Positions 45,577 to 54,569 of a stretch of DNA of 64,000 nt are shown here, in pieces. Source of the stretch: an uncultured Pseudomonadota bacterium (GTDB lineage: Bacteria; Myxococcota_A; Polyangia; Nannocystales; Nannocystaceae). Every line of letters starts with the position of its first letter. Within the stretch, counting starts at the first letter, position 1. The stretch lies in assembly GCA_963799255.1 (NCBI GenBank), contig CAWCWO010000015.1, positions 1,453 to 65,452 of the forward strand, read 5' to 3'. Below the pieces are notes generated by a model that saw only the letters and a program-made list of their open reading frames with translations, was not told the origin of the DNA and made no database searches. A program made the translations under genes and the position numbers.

Positions 45577-45743
45577 TGTGCGTCCGGGGCGAACGAAGGT
45601 TGCGGTGATACCAGAGTCTGGTGGGGTGACGCGTGTCGCCCTCTCGCAGCTCTGGGCAGGGGGCGCCGAATCCTAGCAGTGTCTGGTCGCACGGTCCCGA
45701 CCGTCCGGGGCAGCGGCCACTTCAGACCGGCTCGGTGTATGTC

Positions 45744-45827
45744 AAAAAAAGTTGCCGGGGTTGAGCCGGTGGGGGGTGCTGGTCGGACGTAGTCAGTGAG
45801 GCCGCAGCGCCTCCTGAGGGAACCGAC
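45744..45827 (+). repeat. Copy B of the ~90-nt conserved leader element
   Basis: 'aaaaaaagttgccggggttgagccggtggggggtgctggtcggacgtagtcagtgaggccgc...ctgagggaaccgacATG' aligns with 28728-28816. Confidence 0.6.
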
Positions 45828-46277
45828 ATGACGACGACAAACCGACCGCTTCGACTTGGCTCGCTGGAGCTGCTTCACGACCGCCTGATCCACGCGACCA
45901 GCTCGCGGGCTGGCTACATGGTCGAGACCCTGCACCTGGACCAGGTGCACCGGACCGCGGTGCGGTTTGGGCATCGGCCGGTGTACGCGGCGGTGAGTCT
46001 GCTGCTTGCAGTGGAGTCGGTGTTTGGGCCGGCGTTTGGGCACCTGTCCGAAGGGACAGCTCAGGTGGGATTCGGAGTGGCGGCGGTGATCTTCATGATC
46101 GTCTATCTGCTCACGCGCTCGGTACAGCTCTGCGTTTCGGCCGGCGGGCACACGGTGACGATGCGCCTGAGTGGGGGCAAGGCGAGCACCACCGCTGCCA
46201 CGCGCTTCGTACTCGAGGTGGACGCGGCGGCGATGCAAACCCGACGGTCGCGTCGCGGCTCCCAGGTGTGGGCTTGA
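45828..46277 (+). CDS. Hypothetical membrane protein (two central TM segments)
   Basis: 149 aa with 'VYAAVSLLLAVESVFGPAF' and 'VGFGVAAVIFMIVYLL'. Confidence 0.4.
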   Translation: MTTTNRPLRLGSLELLHDRLIHATSSRAGYMVETLHLDQVHRTAVRFGHRPVYAAVSLLLAVESVFGPAFGHLSEGTAQVGFGVAAVIFMIVYLLTRSVQLCVSAGGHTVTMRLSGGKASTTAATRFVLEVDAAAMQTRRSRRGSQVWA

Positions 46278-46331
46278 TAGTCTCACAACGAGACAGTTCG
46301 GCGTCGGCGGGATGCGATAGAGTCGAGCCGA

Positions 46332-46976
46332 ATGGGGCTCGCGAACATTGCGGCATTCGAGAGCAAGGTTGCCTCTCAGCTGACGCTCGCGAACCTCGGG
46401 TTCTCCCCCCAACCGGTGCTGCACGCAAGCTATCGCGTCGAGGAGATCCGCGGCCGCGGAGCAAGGGGGCTGGTGGTCCGCGAGACGGACATGTCGATCG
46501 GACGCACGGTGGCGCTGAAGATCTACCCGCCGCTGAGCGACCGACGGCCCGACGGGGAGGTCGCTCGTGAGGCGCCAGCGCTCGGGCGATTGGAGCACCC
46601 AAACGTGGTGCGGATCTACGACGTGGGCCAGGCCGCGCTGGCGCTGGAGTCGGAGAACCTGATGGTGCGGTTCATGTGCATCGAGTACGTCGAGGGCACG
46701 AACCTGCGCATCTGGGCGACGAGGAAGGGCGTTCGACGCTCGGCGGTGATCCGGGCGCTGCTCGCCGCGGCAGAGGGCTTGGCGGCAGCCCACGCGGCGG
46801 GGATGGTCCATCGCGACGTGAAGCCGGAGAACATCATGGTGCAGCCCTCGGGGCGCCTGGTTGGTCAACCTGCGACAGAAGTCAGCCTCACGAGGACAGA
46901 GGGTGTCTTTCCGACTGTTGGCTTGTTGCTTGTACTGACGACCCTCGGGTGGAAGTTTGCGGCTTGTAAGTGTTGA
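46332..46976 (+). pseudogene. Ser/Thr protein kinase, truncated just after the catalytic loop
   Basis: 'VALKIY' (VAIK-like), 'LEHPNVVRIYDVG' and 'HRDVKPENIMV' are present. The DFG and APE motifs are absent. The sequence after 'PSGRL' diverges into lower-G+C DNA and stops. Confidence 0.65.
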
Positions 46977-47980
46977 CGTTACTTGCTCTCCTGCTTGGCG
47001 TTGGGGCGGTCGGCGATGGTCGTGTCGCGAGCCATGGAACTCCTCGGCCTCCACGTCTGCTCGTTGGTACCCCCGACGGAGAACGGCTCTCCGCGCGCGA
47101 GGAGCCCGCGATTATCGCCGGTAGAGGTGGTAACGATATCGTGACGTCGGTTCACGAGGACTCTCAGCTCGCCGGGGGAGACGGGTTCGATATCCTCCTG
47201 GCCCGTGGGGGCGCGAGGCGCCTGAGTCCCGGGGCAGGAGGTGGTCTCGTCGCGGTTGGTGGTACAAGCGGGTCACGGGTTGTACTGGAGGGAGGTGTGA
47301 ATTTCGTCTTCGGGTCGGAGGGCCACGAGCACGTGCATGTCGCCGGGGGCCTGAACTTCCTCTTCCTCGGCGGTGGGGACGATTCCATCGAGATCGCAAA
47401 CTCCAGCATCAACGTTGTATGGGGCGGGGTCGGGAGAGACTCCCTTTGCCACGCGGGCGAGGGAGGTCTGGTCCTTGGCCAGCTATTCCTGGAAGAGACT
47501 CATTCCTGCCAGGCATCGAGGGCAGTCGGAGAGGTTGTCGAAACTGAAGTGGTGGGGATTCTGACCAATCGGCGGTCGGTGATCATTCGGCGGGGCAAGT
47601 TCAACATGCATGACCCACAGCATCGCGGTTCGCCGGAGCAAGAGTTCACTCTTGAGCTCCTTGGAATCGTTGAAGGCCCAGAACCGCTTGCTCGGAGGGT
47701 GTATCGGCCGGGTGGGAGCGCCACGTTCTCCGATGGAAGGCGTGTGAGCGAGTCTGCCGCGGGCTCGAGCGAGTGGCCGCGAGAAGGCGTGCCACTCCGC
47801 TTATTTCTAACGGCCAACACCTTCTTCCTGAAGCCAGACAACCAGTGGTTCCTCGGCGCAAAGCCCGGTTCCGGGCCGCTGATTGGCCATGTAATCTCAC
47901 GCTGTCCCGGGAGACACGCAGGCGCTTCCTGGGCAGAGTGCCGCGGAGGGACGAGCTGTTTGGAGGTTGCCCTGAGATAG
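46970..47980 (+). CDS. Doubtful ORF; the N-terminal third has an RTX-like 'GGxGxD' look
   Basis: 'GTPDGERL..IIAGRGGNDIV..LAGGDGFDILLARGG'. The remaining sequence and codon usage are unconvincing. The region is compositionally atypical. Confidence 0.25.
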   Translation: MLTLLALLLGVGAVGDGRVASHGTPRPPRLLVGTPDGERLSAREEPAIIAGRGGNDIVTSVHEDSQLAGGDGFDILLARGGARRLSPGAGGGLVAVGGTSGSRVVLEGGVNFVFGSEGHEHVHVAGGLNFLFLGGGDDSIEIANSSINVVWGGVGRDSLCHAGEGGLVLGQLFLEETHSCQASRAVGEVVETEVVGILTNRRSVIIRRGKFNMHDPQHRGSPEQEFTLELLGIVEGPEPLARRVYRPGGSATFSDGRRVSESAAGSSEWPREGVPLRLFLTANTFFLKPDNQWFLGAKPGSGPLIGHVISRCPGRHAGASWAECRGGTSCLEVALR

Positions 47981-48274
47981 ACCGGTTGGATCGGAGAGGT
48001 TCCATGGTCGTTTCTGAAGCGACCGCCATGTCTTCTGTAAGCCTCTGGGGCACTGGGAGAGATTCACTCGGCGGGGACTTCGCCTCCGCGGCGTTCGACT
48101 TGACGTTGCGACCGGCCTGGATGCGGACGGTGGGCGGGAGTGAGCATCTTGAGTTCGTTCGGGGGACCGAGCCGGAACCCGCATTAACCCCAGCGGTCCG
48201 ACGCGTCCAAAATCACCGAAGCCGTAGTGGAGGTTCTTCTGGATGACGACGTCGGCGTCGATGACGTAGACCAT
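47897..48274 (-). pseudogene. DUF4411 (PIN-like) gene remnant
   Basis: N-terminus 'MVYVIDADVVIQKNLHYGFGDF' matches the DUF4411 start (YxIDaNVxI...YYxFD). The rest is degenerate. The start overlaps the stop of the ImmA-like ORF (TGATG). Confidence 0.4.
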
Positions 48275-48669
48275 CAGCCGACTCCGAGGTGCTGAGCCAG
48301 GTTGTCGAACGTCTCAAACTTGGTGAGGCCAAGCAGGCGAAAGGCGTTTCTGTAGGCGGTCTGGCCTTCCATGGTGCGAACGATGAGCGCGGAGGCGAAC
48401 CGGCGGCCCAAGCGAACGGTCTGCGTGGGGTCTTCGTCGCCGCCACCGCCAAGCCACAGGTGTGCACGCTCGTGGGCCAAGGTGAACATCTGGGCGGCCT
48501 TCGTGTCTGCGCCGTTGATGAACACGACGGGGGCGAGCTTGTCGGTCAGGGCGAAGCCTCGAAACTCGCCCGGGTCCAGCTTTCGCTGGGTGTTGCTCCC
48601 GACGATGCCGTTGACCATGACGAGCACCCCGAGCGCCTCTGAGGTCGCAATACAGCTCCGTGTCCGAGC
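48274..48669 (-). pseudogene. ImmA/IrrE-family metallopeptidase remnant (N-terminally truncated, HExxH degraded to HERAH)
   Basis: 'EFRGFALTDKLAPVVFINGADTKAAQMFTLAHERAHLWLG'. The open frame begins only at 48669 after a stop. The XRE-type N-domain is missing. Confidence 0.55.
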
Positions 48670-48729
48670 CTACGAGGGAGCCGCAGACATCGCCGCGAGT
48701 GAGGCACGTCGGCTGACGGATCGCGGAAC

Positions 48730-49620
48730 ATGCGCCGGAACATGCGCCGAAACATCGTCAGAAGGTACCTTCCAACTGTAGTAAGCTTCGTATCCAGAAG
48801 GTTGGGACACCAAAAAGATAGCGAAACTCGCGGGCTCAGCGCACGCGAGCGGCAAGTCGCGGACGCCATCGCACGCGAGGAGTTGGCGACGATCACTGCG
48901 GACGATGTCGCGGATCTGGCCGATGTTCCGCGCGAGCATGCCGGCCAACTGCTGCAGCGAATGGAGCGCAAGGGCTGGCTCGTCCGGGTCCAACGAGGAC
49001 GGTACGCACCTGTCTCGCTCGGCACGCCTGCGGACGCGGCGGTGGAAGACCCGTGGAAGCTGGCCATGGCACTGTACTCGCCGGGCTACATCGGCGGCTG
49101 GTCGGCAGCGGAGCACTGGGACCTGACCGAACAGATCTTCAACCGCGTCTGCGTCGTGACGACTCGGCCCCAGCGGGCTCGGACGCAGCACCATGGAGGC
49201 GTCGACTTCTTCGTGGCGGCCGCCCGGGCCGACCGGTTGTTTGGGACGAAGAAGCTCTGGCGCGGCGCATCGCAAGTCGTGCTCGCCGATCCAAGTCGAC
49301 TGATCGTCGACGTGCTCCATTCACCCGTCCTGGGCGGCGGAGCTCGCCACACGCTCGACGTGGTGGCCAACTACTGGCGTGCGCCCCACGCCGACGCGAA
49401 CCTGCTGCTCGACTACGCGGAGCAGTTTGGCGTGGGCGCGGTGTTCAAGCGGATCGGGTTCACGGCGGAGAGCTTCGGCGACGTGAGCGAGGCCTGGCGA
49501 GAGCGATGCCACGCGGGGATGAGCGCAGGGATCAGCCGCCTCGATCCGACCGGCCCCGACCGAGGACAGATCATCACGCGTTGGCGCCTGAGGGTTAACA
49601 TCCCGATACCAAGCACATGA
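48730..49620 (+). CDS. abiEi: AbiEi-family type IV TA antitoxin / transcriptional regulator
   Basis: wHTH region 'ITADDVADLADVPREHAGQLLQRMERKGWLVRVQRGRYAPV', then 'GYIGGWSAAEHWDLTEQ'. The stop overlaps the next ATG (ATGA at 49617-49620). The exact start is uncertain. Confidence 0.7.
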   Translation: MRRNMRRNIVRRYLPTVVSFVSRRLGHQKDSETRGLSARERQVADAIAREELATITADDVADLADVPREHAGQLLQRMERKGWLVRVQRGRYAPVSLGTPADAAVEDPWKLAMALYSPGYIGGWSAAEHWDLTEQIFNRVCVVTTRPQRARTQHHGGVDFFVAAARADRLFGTKKLWRGASQVVLADPSRLIVDVLHSPVLGGGARHTLDVVANYWRAPHADANLLLDYAEQFGVGAVFKRIGFTAESFGDVSEAWRERCHAGMSAGISRLDPTGPDRGQIITRWRLRVNIPIPST

Positions 49621-50818
49621 TTCCCAAGGCCGACATGCTCAACCTCGCGAAGGAGGACCGACTGCGAGACACGACGGTTCAGAAGGACTACGCGCTAGGA
49701 TGGTCGCTCTACGGAATCGCGCAGCATCCGAGGCTGTCGCGTTGGGTGTTCAAGGGCGGCACTTGCCTCAAGAAGTGCTTCTTCGAGACATATCGCTTCT
49801 CGGAGGACCTCGATTTCACGATCCCTTCGTCGGAGGCGCTCAACGAGGAAGTGATTCGGCAGTCGCTCATTGATGTGTCGAACTGGGTGCACGAGGAGTC
49901 CGGCATCGTGATCCCCACCGAGCGGATCAAGGTCGAGGGCTACTCGAACAAGCAGGACACGGAGTCCTTCCAAGCGAAGCTGTTCTACAGCGGTCCACTG
50001 AGGCTTCCTCGGAGTTCTCAACCTCGGATCAAGTTCGACATCACCCAGCACGAGGTTCTGGTTGATCCTCCGGATCATCGCGCGGTCTTCCACGGGTACC
50101 GCGACGCGCTGGAGCCCGCGCCCAGGGTTGCGTGCTACTCGGTCAACGAGGTGCTCGCGGAGAAGACCCGGGCGCTCTACGAGCGACGAGGCCGTGCGCG
50201 CGACGTCTACGATGTGGTGCACATCAGCCGCAACTTCCGCGAGGAGATTCCGCGGAGGCTGCGAAGCGCATTGCGGCAGAGAAATTCGCGTTCAAAGGGA
50301 TCAAGCTCCCGACCCCGCAGCAGATCGTCGATGGAATCGACAAGGAGGGGCTCCAGGCGAACTGGGATCAACAGCTGCGGCACCAACTTCCGAACCTGCC
50401 GGGATTGGGTCCATTCCTGGCCGAGCTCGTCGACGCGATCTCATGGTGGATGCAGCCTGAACTCGCCCAACCGTCCCCGACCCGACTCGCTCCGGAGCCT
50501 GCCGAGCAGGTGTTGCCTCGGGCTCACTTTCGGCGCCCTTGGACCGGGCAGCGGCCGGGCACCGAGTGGTTGCCGGACGAGGTCCGATTCGCGGCGCGAA
50601 ACCGTCTATTGGCGCGAATCTCGTATCACGGCAGTGAACGGACGATTGAGCCCTACTCCCTCCGGCAGAAGGGGACCGGCAACGTTCTGCTGTACGGGTA
50701 CGAGGTCGACAAGGCAGGGATTCCGACGGGTGGGATCAAGGCGTACAAGGTCCAGGAGATTGTGGGTGCCGACGTGCTCGATGGTTCATTCGCCCCGCGG
50801 TGGACAGTGGAGCTGTAG
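49617..50818 (+). pseudogene. abiEii: AbiEii/AbiGii (DUF1814) nucleotidyltransferase toxin, frameshifted near 50250, with a C-terminal WYL-like extension
   Basis: 'VFKGGTCLKKCFFETYRFSEDLDFT' is the DUF1814 NTase motif. The frame changes after 'VYDVVHISRNFREEI' to the frame of ORF 50132-50818 ('AEAAKRIAAEKFAFKGIKLP...'). The tail 'RLLARISYHGSERTIEPYSLRQKGTGNVLLYGYE...IKAYKVQEIVG' is WYL-like. Confidence 0.65.
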
Positions 50819-51175
50819 CGGCGCCTATCTACTCGGGGCAGGAGGCTCGATCGGCTCGATCCACTATCTTCCGGACGAGGCGCCCGACCTCAGTCGACCG
50901 ACCTGGGCTCGATCCGGTCCCGGCGATCTCGCCGAGCATGCGATCGAAGTCGGACTCGCCCCACTCGTCGAAGTGCACGGAGAAGCGCCCGAGGGGTTGG
51001 GTTGACGGCAGGGGGGGTGGCGGAGCCAAGAACAGCCGTTCGCCGTCGCTGGTTCCGCCCAGGCCCCGGCCGGACCTCAGGCTTTCGCCCGAGCGGATGT
51101 GGGTCACGTTCGAGCACCACGTGGTGTCGCTGTTACTGCCGGCGCGGAGGCGCAGTAGCATCACGCTCGAATTAA

Positions 51176-51588
51176 CCTGCCGCGTCCCAACCGTATCTAA
51201 CTTTCGATGGCCAGACGGCTAAAGTCCTCGCTTTCTACGCCGAGGCACTGGGCGGAGAGGTGTTGTTGTCCGAGACGTTCGGCGACTCGCCTATAAAGGG
51301 CGACATCCCGCCCGCGTTTCACGACCGGGTGACGCACGCCACGCTCAAGCTCCCCCCGGGCGAGCTAATAGCCTCCGAGGCTTGTCCGTGGGCGCCGCCA
51401 AAGGCACCGGTCCGCAGCTGCGGCCTCTCGCTTCCGCTCAGCGACGTCGACGGCGACGGCGCGCGCAAGGCGTTCGACGCACTCACCGAAGGCGACAAGG
51501 TGACCTCGCCACTGGACAAGAGCTTCGGGCCGCCGCGTTCGGGACGCTCTCCGACAAGTTTGGTGTGCCGTGGATGGATCAACTGTGA
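51176..51588 (+). pseudogene. PhnB/YjdN-like VOC-superfamily gene, no start codon and a frameshift near the 3' end
   Basis: 'PYLTFDGQTAKVLAFYAEALGGEV...VTHATLKL' lies directly after a TAA with no ATG. The end 'FGTLSDKFGVPWM' is in a different frame (ORF 51382-51588). Confidence 0.45.
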
Positions 51589-51773
51589 CACGCCGGACGC
51601 CTCCGGGTCGTAGGCCGCCGCCCGCGAGGCGGTGGCGGCATCCAACGAGGACGACGTCTCTCCGGTGATGTTGGGGGAATGCAACCTGTCCCGAGGGACA
51701 GGTTCACCGGTCGATACGTCGGAGCACGGCCCCCAGGCCTGCAACGCCAAACCGATTTCGTGGGCGTATTTCA

Positions 51774-54083
51774 GTGGCCAGGATCGAGGACACCGCGAGC
51801 CGGCTGGCCGACAAGTGTCTCAATACGAGTCGATTGTTGGGTGGGGGTGAAAGATTGGCGAGGGCGGAGGTGCTTTGGCGCTTCCCTCGGTGGTGCGTGG
51901 GCTGGTGTTATTCGGGGGAGTTGGCGAGCGGGTATGAGGATGGGCAGGCGGCACGGGAGAGCGCGATCGATTGCGCGGCTCGGGCGGCTTGGCGCACGGG
52001 GACGTTGCGGTCGACGTTTCGTTCGATCGTGGATGAGGTGGCGGTGTCGACCGAGTCGTATCGGCGAATCGCGTACCGGGTGGAGCACCGCGTGGTTCGG
52101 CTGCGGTTGGGGCTGGCGCACGGCTCGCGGGCGGGGAACGTTGGCGGGATGCCGGACCCGTCACGGGTCGATCCGTGGGGGGTCGACGTGGTGGCGCTAC
52201 CGGGGCTCTCGCGAGTGCTGGTGGCGTGTCCGGGGTGCGGTGGTAGGACGACGGTGGCGTGCGCGCTGTGCCGGGGCTGTGGGCGGGTGAGCTGCCACGG
52301 ATGCGGCGGCGGCGGGAGGGTTCAAGGCAAGCGGGGTCTGAAGAACTGCCCGGGTTGTCGGGGAAGCGGAATGAGGGCTTGTGGTCCGTGCCGGGCTGGA
52401 CAGGTGACTTGCCCCGGCTGCGACGGGGTTGGGCGAGCGTTTGCGTGGTTGGAGGTGGAGCGCTCGGAGTCGATGCAGGTGCGGGTGGCTCCGGCCACGG
52501 GGTTGGCCCAGCTCCACGGAGGTGTGTATGTGGTGGCGGACTTCGACGCGGCGGCTTCGGGGCGGGCTGTGCCACTGGCGGACGACAGCGGATGGATCCC
52601 GCCGGTCGCATGCGCGCTGGGGGGCGAGCTGGCGCCACAGCTGACGGCGAGCACGGACCGGGTCGTGGCGCAGCGGATCCAGAAGTTCGAATCGCCGGTG
52701 TATGGGGTGGGCTATCGGACGCGGTGGGGCCGCGGCACGGTTCGGGTTTCGGGGCGGCCGGGGACGGTGGTTCCCGATAGCGATTGGTCGGCTCTGCGGT
52801 GGCGAGCGCTGGGGGGTGCGGCTGCGGGTGTTGGGGTGGCTGCGCTCGGGGTGTCGGCGGTGGGGCAATACGTGGCCCAGCACGCGTGGTTCGAGCTGCA
52901 CGGCAACGCTGGGTGGATGCGACTGCTGGCGCTGGGCTCGGGGGTTGTTGCTGCGATGCTGATCGGTCGCCTGCTGCTTCCGGCGAGCGTGCGAAGCAAG
53001 GTGTGGCTGGGTGCTCTCGCGGCGCCGATGCTGCTCGGCTGGCTGGGGATGGCGGTGCTGTGGCACACCGGAGGCCCCTCGCTGGAGACGGTCGCGGCCG
53101 CGCTGGACTCCGGCGACTTGGAGAGGGCCACGGCGGAGCTGGAGGCGGTGCGGGCCGTGTCGGGCGAGGCCGCGGGGTATGAGGAGCAAGCCGAGCGGCT
53201 GACGGCCGCGAGGCAGCGCGAGGAGGCCCAGCGCCGGGTGGAAGCGGACAAGCAGCACCTGGCTCAGGTGACCGAGGCGCGGACCTTGGAGGGCCGCGTC
53301 GCGGCCGCGGGTGGGGTTTGGCACGACGACGCGGTGGCTGCTCAGGCGCGGGCGGCAGTTCGCGAGGTTGGGGAGCGCGAGCTGACGGGTGCGGTGACGC
53401 GACACAGCGCGGAGGACCTGCGCCGGCTGGCGCAGGTGTTGCGGTCGACGGAGGCGGAGTTGGCAGCAAGGGCTGAGGCTGAGGCCAAGCTCGCGGTGGC
53501 TCGGACAAGCCTGGACGGTCGCGACTATGCGGGCGCAACCGAAGCGCTCGACGGATGGACCCCGCAGGATGAGGAGGCGGCGTCCGAGGGGCGCGAGGCA
53601 GCCGTTCGCGTGGCGTTGGTGTCCGGGCTGGAGGAGGCGATCGGCGACGCGGAGGTTGACGTCGGCGAGCCGGAGGAGCGGGTCACCGTGCTCGCGCAGA
53701 CGCTCGAACGAGCGAAGCTGTATGAGCGGCTGACGGAGGACACGCCTCCGCGCTCCGTGCAGGAGCTCGAGCGTGGGCTGGTGAAGGCCACGCGGGAAGT
53801 GGCCGCGCGGAAGGAGGCGGCTCGCGTTCGGGGGGAGAAGGCTGCCGCTGCGGAGCAGGCGAGGATAGCGAACGCTGAGGCGGTGGAGGAGCGGCGGGTA
53901 CTGGCGGCGGCGCGGAAGGAGCGGAGGGTGGAGAAGGCTCGCGCGGCGAAGGCGAGACAGCGGCGGGCGGCGTGGAACTCGAATCATCTGCTTTGCTGCG
54001 ACAACAGCCGGTCGCCGACGTGCACGTATGGCCGGGGGTCGTATCAGGGGTGCTGTTCGCATCATGGAGGTGTCTGTGGCTAG
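51774..54083 (+). CDS. Multi-domain membrane protein: six CxxC zinc knuckles (DnaJ-CR-like), 3-4 TM segments, long Ala/Glu/Arg coiled coil, C-terminal YHYH-like 'CCSHHGGVCG' motif
   Basis: 'CPGCGGRTTVACALCRGCGRVSCHGCGGGGRV...CPGCRGSGMRACGPCRAGQVTCPGCDGVGR'. Hydrophobic 'GAAAGVGVAALGVSAV' and 'LLALGSGVVAAMLIG'. Coiled-coil region at about aa 470-740. The two long antisense ORFs are Pro/Arg-rich artefacts. Confidence 0.55.
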   Translation: MARIEDTASRLADKCLNTSRLLGGGERLARAEVLWRFPRWCVGWCYSGELASGYEDGQAARESAIDCAARAAWRTGTLRSTFRSIVDEVAVSTESYRRIAYRVEHRVVRLRLGLAHGSRAGNVGGMPDPSRVDPWGVDVVALPGLSRVLVACPGCGGRTTVACALCRGCGRVSCHGCGGGGRVQGKRGLKNCPGCRGSGMRACGPCRAGQVTCPGCDGVGRAFAWLEVERSESMQVRVAPATGLAQLHGGVYVVADFDAAASGRAVPLADDSGWIPPVACALGGELAPQLTASTDRVVAQRIQKFESPVYGVGYRTRWGRGTVRVSGRPGTVVPDSDWSALRWRALGGAAAGVGVAALGVSAVGQYVAQHAWFELHGNAGWMRLLALGSGVVAAMLIGRLLLPASVRSKVWLGALAAPMLLGWLGMAVLWHTGGPSLETVAAALDSGDLERATAELEAVRAVSGEAAGYEEQAERLTAARQREEAQRRVEADKQHLAQVTEARTLEGRVAAAGGVWHDDAVAAQARAAVREVGERELTGAVTRHSAEDLRRLAQVLRSTEAELAARAEAEAKLAVARTSLDGRDYAGATEALDGWTPQDEEAASEGREAAVRVALVSGLEEAIGDAEVDVGEPEERVTVLAQTLERAKLYERLTEDTPPRSVQELERGLVKATREVAARKEAARVRGEKAAAAEQARIANAEAVEERRVLAAARKERRVEKARAAKARQRRAAWNSNHLLCCDNSRSPTCTYGRGSYQGCCSHHGGVCG

Positions 54084-54093
54084 CTCGAAAGGC

Positions 54094-54383
54094 CACCGAC
54101 AGCAGCCGTTGCGCTCAAACTGGGAGCGTGTGATCCCATTCCTCGACTTCTCCCACCCAGCCTTCAGAGGGTTCTGCTTACCACCAACGCGATCGAACCT
54201 TTCAACGCTCGAGTCAGAAAACTCGTCAATTGCAAAGGACACTTCTCGACCGATGACGCTGCCTTCAAGGTTATCTACCTGGCCGTCGTCTCCGCAAATA
54301 TCCGATGGACCCGTCGACCCAAAGAAAGGGCTCAAGCCATCGACAAACTCCCCCCACACATTGAGGGCCGATTGCCCATGTGA
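54094..54383 (+). pseudogene. IS256-family transposase C-terminal remnant (frameshifted)
   Basis: 'NWERVIPFLDFSHPAFRGF', then in the next frame 'LLTTNAIEPFNARVRKLVNCKGHFSTDDAAFKVIYLAV...W'. The stop is at 54381-54383. Confidence 0.6.
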
Positions 54384-54569
54384 GGCGTGCAGGGTCTCCG
54401 CGAACACGAATATCGGACACGCTCTCCGGCGACCGCGGACGCGGTGACACTGGACGATTTGCATGTACGGGCTGACCGAGGTCATCGTCGCCGACAATAT
54501 GAACCAGGGACTGCGCAGTTCGACAGATGGCCGGAGAACCTTCAAAGAACGGAAATCGAGCAAGAGAAA

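Noticed and set aside
50829-51164. 111-aa minus-strand ORF between the AbiE module and the PhnB-like pseudogene ('...LGRFSVHFDEWGESDFDRMLGEIAG...').
   Set aside because: No motif is recognised, and several overlapping ORFs of similar length compete with it. It could be a remnant, but I cannot support a call.
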